This document shows, in pieces, positions 1 to 9,961 of a DNA stretch of 64,000 bases. The stretch's first letter is position 1. Every line of letters starts with the position of its first letter. Under the pieces are notes generated by a model. That model was not told the origin of the DNA. It searched no databases and saw only the letters and a list, made by a program, of their open reading frames with translations. This DNA is from an uncultured Verrucomicrobiota bacterium (GTDB lineage Bacteria; Auribacterota; JABMQX01). Position numbers and translations under genes: made by a program. The stretch spans positions 1 to 64,000 of the forward strand of contig CAZXGF010000005.1 in the NCBI GenBank assembly GCA_964640185.1. Reading direction: 5' to 3'.

Positions 1-593
1 TATTCCTCACTACAAAGTGCGGAAGTTAGGTTAGGCACGGGCTTCAGCCCGTGCTTGGCGTGGAGCCCGGCCTTTTTAAGCCGGCTTCAGCCGGGCTTCA
101 GCCATTCTCACCAGGCCCTGGCGGTTTTTCGTGCTTCCGGCCGGAAATGTCATCTCTGGCCGCCCTTTCGAGCCGCTTGTGATTCTTCGTCTGCCAGACG
201 ATGCGAAGGCAGAGGTCGTGAAGAACACGTTGCGGCACGGATGAATCCTTTTAATCGAGAAGCCCGGCTAAAGCCGGCTCCGACAGGAATATGTATCGCA
301 TCCGAGACCACCGGCTGAAGCCGGTGGCTAAAGACCGATGCCTCGGATTGTGCTCACTCAGGCTGGTGCATCACCCACTCGCGGCGTGTGTGTCATTATG
401 GGGATTGACTCCCGATGCGCGTGACCACCGGCTGAAGCCGGTGGCTAAACGCTGCTCGCGACTACAGCTACATATTTCTTCGTGCAAAATCTGGTCCCTC
501 GCGGGAGTTTCTGCTTTTTTGAAAAATGGAGTACGTGACGGCACTTCCCAACCAGAGCACTTAGGGAACTTGGCCCACCGGAATACAGCCATT

Positions 594-705
594 CCCGCTT
601 GTAACTGAGGCTTTATTTTGAAACTAATCGCTCAATCTCCGGCGGGCGCCGAGTTGCTGAAGGCAAGAAGGGAAGAAGAGAGTAACGCAAAGGCGCAGAG
701 AATAA
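594..705. repeat. Direct repeat copy A (about 110 bp; the core gtaactgaggctttattttgaaactaatcgctcaatctccggcgggcgccgagttgctgaagg is near-identical in copy B)
   Basis: The same 63-bp string is seen at 601-663 and 916-978 with about 1 mismatch, and similarity continues for about 40 more bp. It contains the hairpin CCTCAGccgcctgtaaCTGAGG. Confidence 0.85.
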
Positions 706-908
706 GGTGGGCAGCCCACCCCGCGTCTCGCGGGGCTGTCGTTCCCTGGGCGTCTGGCGCTTGATTGCCAGGTGCAGCTCAGTGTTGCGGTCTATGTAAC
801 GCTGCCCCGCCATGGCGGGGCGGCAGTCCCGAGGGCGTCTCGCCCTCGGCGGGGGGAGGATGCCACCGTCACAAGGGCTACTCTGCGTCCTATGAGATCC
901 AAACCTCA

Positions 909-1010
909 GCCGCCTGTAACTGAGGCTTTACTTTGAAACTAATCGCTCAATCTCCGGCGGGCGCCGAGTTGCTGAAGGGAAGAGCAGAGTAACGCAAAGT
1001 CGCAGAGGGA
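909..1010. repeat. Direct repeat copy B of the 594-705 element
   Basis: Direct comparison with 594-705. The two ORFs 613..813(-) and 928..1119(-) share an identical C-terminus only because they lie in these repeats. Confidence 0.85.
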
Positions 1011-1094
1011 AAGATGAGAAGGCCCCGTCCTCACCTGCCGTGGCACGCGCATCTCGCCAATGATCCCGAGGGGCCCACGGGCGGGACGCCGCTT

Positions 1095-1497
1095 TGGTGG
1101 CACCCGGCTCGGCTCTCATGTCTTCAGAGGGAACCGTGTATTGGGGATGAACCTATTACGCCCTTTCAGGGCTTTTGGATTTGGTCGCCCACTATTCCCA
1201 GGGCGTTGCCCTGGGCTGCAATATTGCGCCCCTTCAGGGCTGAAGATTCGTTTCGGGTCGCCCTGTAAGGGCACACTTAACAAAGCTCAGGGCAACGCCC
1301 TGAGAAAAGGCCCCGGTTTGAGAATGACGAGCCCTGAAAGGGCGAGATAAGTCCGTCACGACTCCAAAGATTCCTCGAAGCGAGTTCGAGTAGCCCGGCG
1401 TTTTCTCCTGTTCCCAAAGGGGGCGTGGAAATGGCGTCGAGATTCCCGCACGGGCCGGGTACGAGGACAATCCCGCCACTGAAATGTAGCCGCACCC
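1095..1497 (-). mobile_element. MITE-like element, an inverted copy of the element at 22507-22927. Outer TIR CCACTGAAATGTAGCCGCACCC at 1476-1497; the opposite TIR is degenerate
   Basis: About 400 bp of co-linear similarity, in reverse complement, to 22507-22927. The shared small ORFs (PCKG.LNKAQG.ALRK) are artefacts of the repeat. The 22-nt terminal motif recurs about 10 times in the window. Confidence 0.7.
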
Positions 1498-1511
1498 AAA
1501 GGCTCGAAAAC

Positions 1512-2219
1512 TCAATCCTGAGCGGCGGGGGGGCGGGGAGGCTCTTCGGCTTCAGGCTTCTTCTTTTTCTTTTTTTTCTTGCCGACGCCGAACACGTATA
1601 TCTCGAAAAGGAGCAGACAGATAAAAGCTGTTGCTATAGGGGCCACTATGTACTGGCCGAGGCCGCAAGCCATGCCAACAAGCATGGAGAGGAAGACAAT
1701 CACCGTGTCCTTGGGGTCCCGGACGACGGTTCTATATCTTATCAGGCTCAAGGCGCCCGCAAGCCCAAATGCCCGAACGATGTTATTGGCCACGATGATC
1801 CAGATCAAGGCCCCGCCGACGCACAGAAGAATCTGGCTTTGCATCATAGAAGGGTTGTATTTCTTCCTCTTGCCGGTGAAGGAGGCGCGATATACAAAAG
1901 CGAGAATCAGCCCCAGGGCGCTGGCGAGGGCGAGCTTCGTGATGACGATGTGCCAGGGGTCCGACCGCCTCTGTGGTCTCTGGCGGACTGACTGAAGCGC
2001 GTCAATAAGTGGGCCGGCGCCTGTTTCTTCCGAGGGGGCTTCGTCCACTGCTTCCGGGTGTGCCGTGCCGTCCGTTTTTCCAGAGAGCGTTTTACTCTCG
2101 GCTCGCGGAGAGGTCGGGGCGACACCATCGCTCTCTACCCCTGTGCACAGACAGGGAAACAACGCGAAAACAAAACCAAGCAGGAGCAAATGAGTTGGCA
2201 AAAATCCTCGATGGCACAC
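1512..2219 (-). CDS. DUF4956 domain-containing membrane protein (partner of the VTC-domain protein). The start codon is uncertain
   Basis: Multi-TM protein with a poly-Lys linker and acidic tail. It sits directly downstream of, and co-oriented with, a VTC (CYTH-like) domain gene, which is a known conserved pair. Recognised from memory of the family. Confidence 0.6.
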   Translation of the reverse strand: MCHRGFLPTHLLLLGFVFALFPCLCTGVESDGVAPTSPRAESKTLSGKTDGTAHPEAVDEAPSEETGAGPLIDALQSVRQRPQRRSDPWHIVITKLALASALGLILAFVYRASFTGKRKKYNPSMMQSQILLCVGGALIWIIVANNIVRAFGLAGALSLIRYRTVVRDPKDTVIVFLSMLVGMACGLGQYIVAPIATAFICLLLFEIYVFGVGKKKKKKKKPEAEEPPRPPAAQD

Positions 2220-2272
2220 TTGTCATTCCCAATTGTTGAAACAGGTGAATAAAGTCTTGTCTTCCACCGTGC

Positions 2273-3052
2273 TCAGGCGGGGTCTGAGGAAACCTTCCCC
2301 GGCACAGACATCTCCCTCGGTTGACCGAGGGGAGATGGCTGCTCCTGGAAGAAAAACCGCTCCATGCCCAGAGCAAACTTCGAGAACCGCACGTTTCTCG
2401 TGGTTCCCAATTCTTCGATGAGGTCGCTGAGCCAGAGGGGAGTATGGGGGCCGGAGACTTTGCTCTCCAAAACGACGCGATTGTCTTTGGCCGCTTTACC
2501 GGTTAGAAGATTGCGCATGGTAATGTCTCTGTCGAGGGTGATGCGAACGTCGCTGTCTTCCGACGGCTGAAAGGAGACCCTCTTGTACTCCACGGTGAGG
2601 ACAGGTTTGAGGTCGTTGGAGACGACATACCCCTGGATGCTGGCATAGGTGTCAACGATGTCGCGGTTTTTCCTGTTATCCCTGATAACTTCCTTCAGGA
2701 CGTCCTGGCCTGAAATGAACTCGTCAACGTGCTCTTGGCTTATTCGGAACCTCTTTTTCTGCGAGATTGAGTAGTTCCTGATTTTCAGCTCCATCCAGAC
2801 TTCTTCGGAGAACTTGCCGTCGTAGCCGTACTGTCTGTACCTGACCTTGTACCTGATGGGCTCGCGGTTCAGCCAGTCGTAATAGGTGTCGAAGTTCTCG
2901 TTGTCCAAATAGGTTGTGTGTACGCTGGTTACAGGTTGGTCCTTGCGAAACATATACACCGGAACGAATTTCTTCACGGTCTTCACGGTCAGATGGTATC
3001 TACTGCTCCCGGGCAGATATTTCTTTTCGCTTCTTTCGTAAGTTGTGGACAT
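2273..3052 (-). CDS. VTC domain-containing protein (polyphosphate polymerase-like CYTH domain)
   Basis: N-terminal SEKKYL...YHLTVKT and the basic-residue pattern typical of VTC/CYTH domains. Paired with the DUF4956 gene. Confidence 0.6.
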   Translation of the reverse strand: MSTTYERSEKKYLPGSSRYHLTVKTVKKFVPVYMFRKDQPVTSVHTTYLDNENFDTYYDWLNREPIRYKVRYRQYGYDGKFSEEVWMELKIRNYSISQKKRFRISQEHVDEFISGQDVLKEVIRDNRKNRDIVDTYASIQGYVVSNDLKPVLTVEYKRVSFQPSEDSDVRITLDRDITMRNLLTGKAAKDNRVVLESKVSGPHTPLWLSDLIEELGTTRNVRFSKFALGMERFFFQEQPSPLGQPREMSVPGKVSSDPA

Positions 3053-3285
3053 TCTAAAATCCTTATCGCAACGAGGGGTCCGAACGCCGCGACAGACGGG
3101 GTCTATTCCTCATCATCGCCGGCGGGCCCGTCCGGACTCCATTGTGATTTGTCCGTGTCCTTTGTTACTGTACGAGTCCGAATCTACATGGTCCTTAGAG
3201 TACCACCTTTACGTGCCAATCCAGAAACAGACGGTTTTACCATCGAAAATGCCGATGGTCGCAGACGGCCCGGGAAGCGCCCCTG

Positions 3286-3939
3286 TCACTTCAACCCTGG
3301 ATCCCAAATAATCGTGGGCTTTTCTTGCTTTGCGTCCGACTTAACGTGCTTCTGTGAGAACCATTTCACGTGCCAGTCGAGGAAAAGGATGTTTCCACCC
3401 CCTTGGTGTCTCTTGGCGAAATTCTCCGTTTTCCCCTTGAACTTTATCTGCTCCCCTTTGGTCTCACCGTCGAAAATGCAGACGGTGGCTGCGGGTTTCG
3501 GAATCGTGTCTATGTTGCGGAAGGGAAAGTTGCGAGGGTCCTCGGATTCCTCCAGCTTGCTGTTCATTCGGTACGATTCCTGCCGGGTCTTCTTACTTTT
3601 CCTGACACCGGGGCACAGCTTGACTTCGTTTATCTCTACGTCCTCAAGACCTCGGGTCTCGAGGTAGGGGTCTATAACGTAGTACCAACACCTGACTTCC
3701 TTCGGGGGATTGTCCTGGGCGTCATCCTCGTGTGGCAAAAGGCCGTCAAAATCGTTGGTGTACTGCAGCAAGGCAAGGCCGATCTGATGCAGGTTGTTCA
3801 GGCAGTTGGCGGTGCGGGCCTTTTCCCGAGCGGAGTGCATGGCGGGCAGGATAATGGCCGCCAGCACGCCGATGATGGCTATCACCACCAGCAGCTCGAT
3901 GAGCGTGAAACCTCTGTTTGCGAGCGTCATGCGTTTCAC
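3286..3939 (-). CDS. DUF1559 (H-X9-DG) family protein with a prepilin-type N-terminal cleavage/methylation domain (type II secretion pseudopilin-like)
   Basis: N-terminal [24 protein letters not shown] is the type IV pilin signal. C-terminal [14 protein letters not shown] matches the H-X9-DG motif. Confidence 0.8.
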   Translation of the reverse strand: MKRMTLANRGFTLIELLVVIAIIGVLAAIILPAMHSAREKARTANCLNNLHQIGLALLQYTNDFDGLLPHEDDAQDNPPKEVRCWYYVIDPYLETRGLEDVEINEVKLCPGVRKSKKTRQESYRMNSKLEESEDPRNFPFRNIDTIPKPAATVCIFDGETKGEQIKFKGKTENFAKRHQGGGNILFLDWHVKWFSQKHVKSDAKQEKPTIIWDPGLK

Positions 3940-4459
3940 TTTACATCACCCCCTTTGTCGCCTGAAGAACCGACGGCGCATAAGAACAACCACGATATAT
4001 CTGCAAACGCTGGTCTGCCGGACACCAAAGTTGGCATGGGCTACCAACAAACCCTGCGGCTGTCCCCTTCGGGCAGCCGGCTTCAAGTGATCCGGTCAGG
4101 CCGAGCCTAAGCTCCTTCCCGTCAAAGCCGCCGTTTTTACGGTCAATCGGGTAAGCCCATGTATTACTGCAACCGCAGCCCCACGGGGACTCACAGAGAG
4201 TTCGCCCTGGCAAGACTCTTATTTCACGCCACTAAATATAATAGCACCATTTGCCTCAGATTCAAGGCTTTTTTTGGGTAGCATACAGCGCTGTCCACTG
4301 CCCAGCGTGCAGCAAGATATGTACCACTGAGCCAAAGTGAGGAATTTTGCGCAATATCCGCTCTCTCGGCAACATGTTTCCGCGGGGAGCGACTCGCCCT
4401 CGGGCTTCCCGTCTGCCCTGGCATCCTGCTTCGTTTCCGCAAGCGGCGGGCGAGGACAT

Positions 4460-5587
4460 CTACCATCGCATCTTCCTGGTTCGGGCGCCGGGAAAATAGT
4501 ATTGAAGGATAGACTTGAACGATTTGCCGCGTTTGGCGAGAACTTTTGCCCCCCTCTGACACATGCCAACGCCGTGTCCCCAACCGCGTCCGGCGAAGGT
4601 GACGTACCCGTCTTTGGCTTCGATATTGAAGAAACCGCTTTTGATTACGCTCGGCCCCATTGTCATTCGGAAGCGATTGATCTTTATGACCTTATCGCCA
4701 TCTTGAGACTTGATTTTCAGGGCCGTGACCCTGCCGCCGGAAGCGCTCCTGCGATGGACGGCGATGGAGCGGGCGCCGGATATGCCCGCCCGGCGAAGCT
4801 TCCTTCGCAGCTCCTCGAAGCTCATGCGGGCTCGCCAGCGGAAGCCAGGTTCCTCACGGCAAAAGGGACATCGAACGGGCGGCGGAAACCGGCCTTCCGT
4901 CTGCCAGACGTTGGAGGCGTACTCGGTGAAGCCGCCGCAGCACGTGGAGAAGTAGGATAGAAGGAGTTTCCCCTTATAGAATAGAACTGTGTTTCTGGTG
5001 GCATCCACGGCTTTGTCGGTTCGTTGGTCCCGCCTATTCGGGTCATAGACCTGGGCGCTGGAAGAAATATCGAAATCCCTGTCCTTGTTGCGGAGGGCGT
5101 GAGACAGCACGAATGACCGCGAGACGACCGCCTGAGCTTCGAGCGCCTCCTGAGGCCATTCCGGCGGCATCTCGGAAGGAACAACGGCTTTCAGATAGGC
5201 GTCGAGGTCAACGACGTTGACCGCGAGGAGGCCCCCTCTTTTGCGGAGGATTCTGAGGCTTCCCGGATAGGCTTTTCCTCTGAGGGATATTTGGTTGGAG
5301 GCGCTTCTGACGCGGAGGTCCTGGACGGCGTATGGAGTTCCTGCGATGTTCAGACCTCTGGGGGCGAGGCGGAGGATTACGGGTTTGCCCGGCCTTGAGG
5401 TGGATAGCACCCTCCCGGAGCGCGTCTCTTTAACCGTCAGGACGTCCCCCGAGGAAAGGGTGACGGCATTCGCTCCCTGTAGCAAGGCGACGCGAACGGC
5501 TCGGCGACTCAGCGGCTTCTCCGTGGGAACGCATCCACTGGCGAGCAACATCAGCAGGATGATAACAAGGAGAGTCTTTTTGTGCAT
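4460..5587 (-). CDS. SpoIID/LytB domain protein (lytic transglycosylase/amidase enhancer family), lipoprotein-type signal
   Basis: FSTCCGGFTE and GRGWGHGVGMCQRGA...YYFPG signatures. Signal peptide ending ASGC. RBS GGAGG upstream of the ATG. Confidence 0.8.
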   Translation of the reverse strand: MHKKTLLVIILLMLLASGCVPTEKPLSRRAVRVALLQGANAVTLSSGDVLTVKETRSGRVLSTSRPGKPVILRLAPRGLNIAGTPYAVQDLRVRSASNQISLRGKAYPGSLRILRKRGGLLAVNVVDLDAYLKAVVPSEMPPEWPQEALEAQAVVSRSFVLSHALRNKDRDFDISSSAQVYDPNRRDQRTDKAVDATRNTVLFYKGKLLLSYFSTCCGGFTEYASNVWQTEGRFPPPVRCPFCREEPGFRWRARMSFEELRRKLRRAGISGARSIAVHRRSASGGRVTALKIKSQDGDKVIKINRFRMTMGPSVIKSGFFNIEAKDGYVTFAGRGWGHGVGMCQRGAKVLAKRGKSFKSILQYYFPGARTRKMRW

Positions 5588-5740
5588 TTGTGTACCTCCG
5601 CCGCAGACCAGGATTCATTCTTGTACCGCCGGCTCTCTCTTGCCGCCCGTCTCGCGCGTTTTGGCAGCCTGCTGGGGCGCGGGCAAGCGTGCGAATCAGA
5701 GAGTGAGCCGGACGCGACAGCCCCACCTTAGTGCTCTGAC

Positions 5741-5948
5741 TCATAAGTTCGGTGACGTATTCTTTTTTTGACGCGATAACAAGATGCACGGGACTTTGCG
5801 ACTTCGCGTCTCTGCGAGAGGCCTTCCCTTTTTCCATCTTTCTCTCGCCAAGACGCCAAGGGCGCCAAGGCCAGAAAAGCTTTCCCTTTACCGCGCTTCA
5901 GGCACGTATTCTGTTTTTTGACGAGATAAGAGGATAACACGATCCTCT
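5741..5948. repeat. Two direct copies of a MITE terminal sequence (cataagttcggtgacgtattcttttttgacgcgataacaagatgcac), i.e. solo TIR-like repeats
   Basis: The sequence at 5741-5800 and at 5900-5948 matches the termini of the elements at 29612-30092, 51120-51556 and 58140-58750. Confidence 0.65.
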
Positions 5949-5951
5949 CTG

Positions 5952-6533
5952 TCAATTCCCAGGTTCAACTATCCCCCGTGGGCGGATTTGCGGGCGCGAG
6001 GCTTTTTTCCCGCCGTATCTCTCGTACTCGCTGAAGATGCATCCGCAGTAGGACTGGCGGTAGAGGTCGTACTTCTTTGAAAGCTCGTAGCTCTCCCGAT
6101 AACCCTTTCTGAAATCCTCGTAGTAGAACGGGACGCCGACTTCCGCCGCAACCTCCTCGGCAACCGTTTTCATCAGCTCGTGGTCCTGGTGAGGGCTTAC
6201 GAAAAGAGTGGAGGTGAAGGCGTCGAAAGAACCCTTTTTGGAGACCGCGGCCGTCCGGAGAAGCCGCATGTGATAGCAGAAGCGACAGCGAACGTCTTCG
6301 CGGAAGAGAACCTCCCGCAGGAAGCCTCGGAGGTCGTACTCGTCGTGATAAATCATCTTCAGGCCGACTTGTTCGGCGAACTTCTTGACGGCTTCGAGCC
6401 TCCTCATGAACTCGGTGTAGGGGTGTATGTTCGGATTGTAGAAAAAGCCGGTGACCGCGTGTCCCGCCTCCAAAAGGCTTTTAACGGGAAAGGTGCCGCA
6501 GGGCCCGCAGCACAGGTGCAGTAGAATGTTCAT
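5952..6533 (-). CDS. queH: Epoxyqueuosine reductase QueH (DUF208)
   Basis: N-terminal LLHLCCGPCG, YNPNIHP and SPHQD motifs, C-terminal CGC. Length about 190 aa. Confidence 0.8.
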   Translation of the reverse strand: MNILLHLCCGPCGTFPVKSLLEAGHAVTGFFYNPNIHPYTEFMRRLEAVKKFAEQVGLKMIYHDEYDLRGFLREVLFREDVRCRFCYHMRLLRTAAVSKKGSFDAFTSTLFVSPHQDHELMKTVAEEVAAEVGVPFYYEDFRKGYRESYELSKKYDLYRQSYCGCIFSEYERYGGKKASRPQIRPRGIVEPGN

Positions 6534-6743
6534 TGTGCTGGCATCCGACGCTCAGTTTAGCTTTTACCGCAGAGCACGCTGAGAGCGTAGAGTGGGACAA
6601 GCGATTTTTCCCGATTGCGCTAAAGATTTTTCTCATCTCCTCGAGCTGTGCGTTCTCAGCGGTTATCTCTCCTTGACAGATACAGGCAAAGAGTCGGTCC
6701 CGGCGGGCTGCCCGCAAGTGGTCTGAGAATGCGGCATCCCGTC

Positions 6744-7760
6744 TCAAAAAATCTCCGTTTGCTCCGCCTTTGGCTCAAGCCCGAAATGCTGGTAGGCGAG
6801 GTTGGTGGCCATTCTCCCCCTGCGGGTTCTCTTCAGGAATCCTTTCTGTATGAGGTACGGTTCATAGACCTCTTCGATTGTATCCGACTCTTCGCCGACG
6901 GCGACGGCGATGGTGTTGATGCCGACGGGCCCGCCGGAGAACCTGTGGATGATGGTCTCCATGATGCGCTTGTCCATGTCATCGAGTCCTTCGTGGTCAA
7001 TGCCGAGCATCTTGAGGGCGCGGTCGGCGACTTCGGCGGTGATGAAATTGTCGGCTTCGATCTGCGCGTAGTCCCTTATCCTTTTCAGAAGCGTGTTGGC
7101 GATTCGGGGGGTTCCGCGGGACCTCCGGGCGATCTCTCGCCCGCCGTTCTCGTCGAGCTGGACATTGAGTATCCTGGCTGACCGCTGGACTATCCCGCTC
7201 AATTCCTCGGGGGAATAATAGTCGAGGCGGACGGTCATGCCGAATCGGGAGCGCAAAGGAGCGGTCAAAAGGCCGATGCGAGTGGTGGCGCCCACGAGGG
7301 TGAATTTCTTCAGGTTGAGGCGAATGGAGCGGGCGCTCGGGCCGGAATCTATAACAATATCGAGCTTGAAATCCTCCATCGCCGGATAAAGGTACTCCTC
7401 GACAACGTGGCTGAGCCTGTGGATTTCGTCCACGAAAAGGATGTCGCCCGGCTGGAGGTTCGTGAGGAGGCCGGCGAGATCACCCGGCCTTTCGATGACG
7501 GGGCCGGAGGTTGCAGTCACGTTGACGCCCATTTCGCGGGCGATGATGTGGGCGAGCGTTGTCTTGCCCAGTCCGGGGGGGCCAGACAGCAGGGTGTGGT
7601 CGAGCTGTTCCTTCCTGTCCTGAGCCGCCTGAATGAAAATCTGAAATCGCTCCTTGAGTTTCTGTCCGCCTCCGAAGTCCTCCCACGATTGGGGCCTGAG
7701 AGAAACATCGAGCTGAACGTCCCTTTGCTTGAGGGTTGAGGTCACGAACCTTTCAGACAT
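6744..7760 (-). CDS. ruvB: Holliday junction branch migration DNA helicase RuvB
   Basis: Walker [15 protein letters not shown] and the RuvB AAA+ architecture. Overlaps the ruvA stop by 8 nt. Confidence 0.95.
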   Translation of the reverse strand: MSERFVTSTLKQRDVQLDVSLRPQSWEDFGGGQKLKERFQIFIQAAQDRKEQLDHTLLSGPPGLGKTTLAHIIAREMGVNVTATSGPVIERPGDLAGLLTNLQPGDILFVDEIHRLSHVVEEYLYPAMEDFKLDIVIDSGPSARSIRLNLKKFTLVGATTRIGLLTAPLRSRFGMTVRLDYYSPEELSGIVQRSARILNVQLDENGGREIARRSRGTPRIANTLLKRIRDYAQIEADNFITAEVADRALKMLGIDHEGLDDMDKRIMETIIHRFSGGPVGINTIAVAVGEESDTIEEVYEPYLIQKGFLKRTRRGRMATNLAYQHFGLEPKAEQTEIF

Positions 7761-8352
7761 TCTTCAGAGCTCTCTTGACGAGTTCCTCAAGGGTAGTTTC
7801 CCCCTCCATCTTTTCCAGTGCCCTTCTCAGCGCTTTCTGAGCGGCGGCCTGGGTGTAACCGAGCTTGATGAGGGCGAGAGCGGCGTCGTAGAGCCGTTTC
7901 TGCTCCTCGGTCGGCTCGAGCTCCCTGGAAATTGCCTCGTACCCGGGGGCCAAGCCGATTCTCTCCTTCAGCTCGACGATGAGGCGGGACGCGGTTTTCG
8001 GGCCGATGCCGGAGACGCTTTTCAGCATTTTCTCGTCTCCGCGTGCGACGGCGGCTTTGAAGTCCTCCACGGAAATGCCGCTGAGGATGCCGATAGCGCT
8101 CTTCGGGCCTATTCCCGATATTCCGATAAGCATCCTGAACAGCTCTCGTTCCTCCTCTGTCATAAAACCGAAGAGCAGCATGGTATCGTCTTTGTGGTGG
8201 AGGTGCGTGAGGACTTCGACCTCCGCCCCCTCGCGAGGCAGCTTGCTGTGCGAGGCAAGGGAGATGAGGATCTCGTACCCGACACCCCCGACGTCAACGA
8301 CGATGCTGGTCAGCCCTGCGTAGAGGAGTTTCCCTCGAATCAGCGTAATCAT
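7753..8352 (-). CDS. ruvA: Holliday junction DNA helicase RuvA
   Basis: N-terminal MITLIRGKL...[10 protein letters not shown], HhH GIGPKSA motifs, about 199 aa. Immediately upstream of ruvB. Confidence 0.95.
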   Translation of the reverse strand: MITLIRGKLLYAGLTSIVVDVGGVGYEILISLASHSKLPREGAEVEVLTHLHHKDDTMLLFGFMTEEERELFRMLIGISGIGPKSAIGILSGISVEDFKAAVARGDEKMLKSVSGIGPKTASRLIVELKERIGLAPGYEAISRELEPTEEQKRLYDAALALIKLGYTQAAAQKALRRALEKMEGETTLEELVKRALKNV

Positions 8353-8734
8353 TAAATACCACCCTCGGTGATGGGGTTCCGCTGCGCATTAAGTGCCCGC
8401 CAATCTCGACGCGAGCCATTCCAATAGATAAAAACATCGTCGGCAAAAGTCAATCCCTTTTTGAAGTGGCGCCGTAATGACTCAGTCTCGGGGGGCAGAT
8501 GAACTCACCGCAGAGAGGGCAGAGGGCGCGGAGAAAATATTTACCCATCTTCTAATGGACGCATAGGACAGTCCCACGGGCGGCTGACGAGCCTCGCGGG
8601 GGGTTCCGTTTTCCTGTTTGGCGAGCGCCCGTCACTGTGTGCTCTGAAGGCACAATGATAGCGCGTGGCTCGGATCTGACGAAGCGCCCTCGTGGCATCT
8701 CGGCGGAGGTCCCGCGGAACGCGGGATGAACACT

Positions 8735-8830
8735 CATGGGCAAGATGCCCATGCCACGCCCCCCTGCGTGCTCTGCGCACTCTGCGGTTCCACGCTCAGC
8801 CGCCCGTAACTGAGGGGTTACTACTGTCAA
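8735..8830. repeat. Hairpin repeat modules: palindrome CATGGGCAAGATGCCCATG plus CTCAGccgcccgtaaCTGAG
   Basis: The perfect palindrome at about 8741-8759 recurs at about 25573, 29901 and 47842. The gtaactgagg module recurs at 601, 916 and 54450. Confidence 0.7.
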
Positions 8831-9002
8831 AAGAATTGTCTTGATTTTTTCTGGAGAGGTGTCATATTCTTTGTCAGGCGCTCGCGGAAAGAGCTTTGGT
8901 GGCGATAATCGCCGGCGAGGTTTTGTGCGAGAACTAAGTAGTTAAGCAAAGGCCGGGGGGAGGTTTGTGACTAAGGTTTGTTGCTACAGAAAGGAGCGAA
9001 AA

Positions 9003-9911
9003 ATGGAAAAGCTCGGAAGGGGTGTATTTCTGGTTGTGGCCTTCTCTGTGGTGCTGATGGTTGCTCCGGCAGCCTTTGGCGGAGGAGGACAGCACTACCC
9101 GAACGGCGCGGAGGACTGTCTATGCGGTGCGGTCCCGCCGCCGGGGTGGCACATCGTCAATTACCTGAACTATTATGACGCCGAAATGGACACGCCTGTC
9201 GGAGAGGCTGATGTGAACGTGTGGGCGGAAGTCTTGCGGGTCATTTACTCCTCGGATAAGAAGATTTTCGGGGGCACGTGGCTCTGCCACCTTTTCGTCC
9301 CGTATTTGGATGTGGACATTGACCCGATAGGTTCGGCGTCGGGCGTTGGGGACCTGATCTTCGACCCATTCCTCGTCGCCTGGCACGGAAAGACCTATCA
9401 CGGAGTGGCAGGTCTTGACATTTACCCTCCCACCGGGAAATACCACGAGGACGAGCCAATCAATGTGGGAAAGAACCTCTGGACCTTCGAGCCGGTGGTC
9501 GGGCTAACAGGGCTGTACGAGACAGGATGGAGCTGGTCAATAAAGTTGATGTACGATTTCAATACCGAGAACGACGAATATCTTTACGTTGCTGACCCCG
9601 CAACCATGACCATGGCCACCGGCAGACTCCAGCCCGGGGATGAAATCCATTTCGATTACAGCCTCGACTATGCTATCTCGAAGAATTGCAGGTTGGGCGC
9701 CTGCGGATACTATTACAAGCAAGTGGATGACGACGAGATAGACGATGCGAAGGTCGCCGACGATAAAGGCGAAGCTTTCGCCGTCGGCCCCGTTTTCATG
9801 TACAGCCCAATGCAGAATCTGCACCTGGTCGCAAAGGCGCAGTTCGAGGTGGACACTGAAAACAGGCCCAAAGGGAACTCCTACTGGTTCAAACTCATCT
9901 ATTCGTTCTAA
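9003..9911 (+). CDS. Putative outer-membrane beta-barrel transporter (MetA-pathway of phenol degradation-like family)
   Basis: Signal peptide, then HYPNGAEDCLCGAVPPPGWHIVNYLNYYDA, with alternating beta-strand character throughout and a C-terminal aromatic. RBS AGGAG before the ATG at 9003. Family assignment is from memory. Confidence 0.5.
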   Translation: MEKLGRGVFLVVAFSVVLMVAPAAFGGGGQHYPNGAEDCLCGAVPPPGWHIVNYLNYYDAEMDTPVGEADVNVWAEVLRVIYSSDKKIFGGTWLCHLFVPYLDVDIDPIGSASGVGDLIFDPFLVAWHGKTYHGVAGLDIYPPTGKYHEDEPINVGKNLWTFEPVVGLTGLYETGWSWSIKLMYDFNTENDEYLYVADPATMTMATGRLQPGDEIHFDYSLDYAISKNCRLGACGYYYKQVDDDEIDDAKVADDKGEAFAVGPVFMYSPMQNLHLVAKAQFEVDTENRPKGNSYWFKLIYSF

Positions 9912-9961
9912 AAGACCGGTCAGCACAATGAGAAAGAGAGCACTGTAATAGGGAGGTTAGA

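Noticed and set aside
1014-1515. Several 60-96-aa ORFs with conserved peptides (SPCKG.LNKAQG.ALRK) shared with 22454-23003
   Set aside because: The conservation is at the nucleotide level because both loci are copies of the same MITE. There are no start signals, so these are not protein genes.
4337-4960. 207-aa plus-strand ORF
   Set aside because: Antisense to the SpoIID/LytB gene, which has clear family signatures. No motifs of its own.
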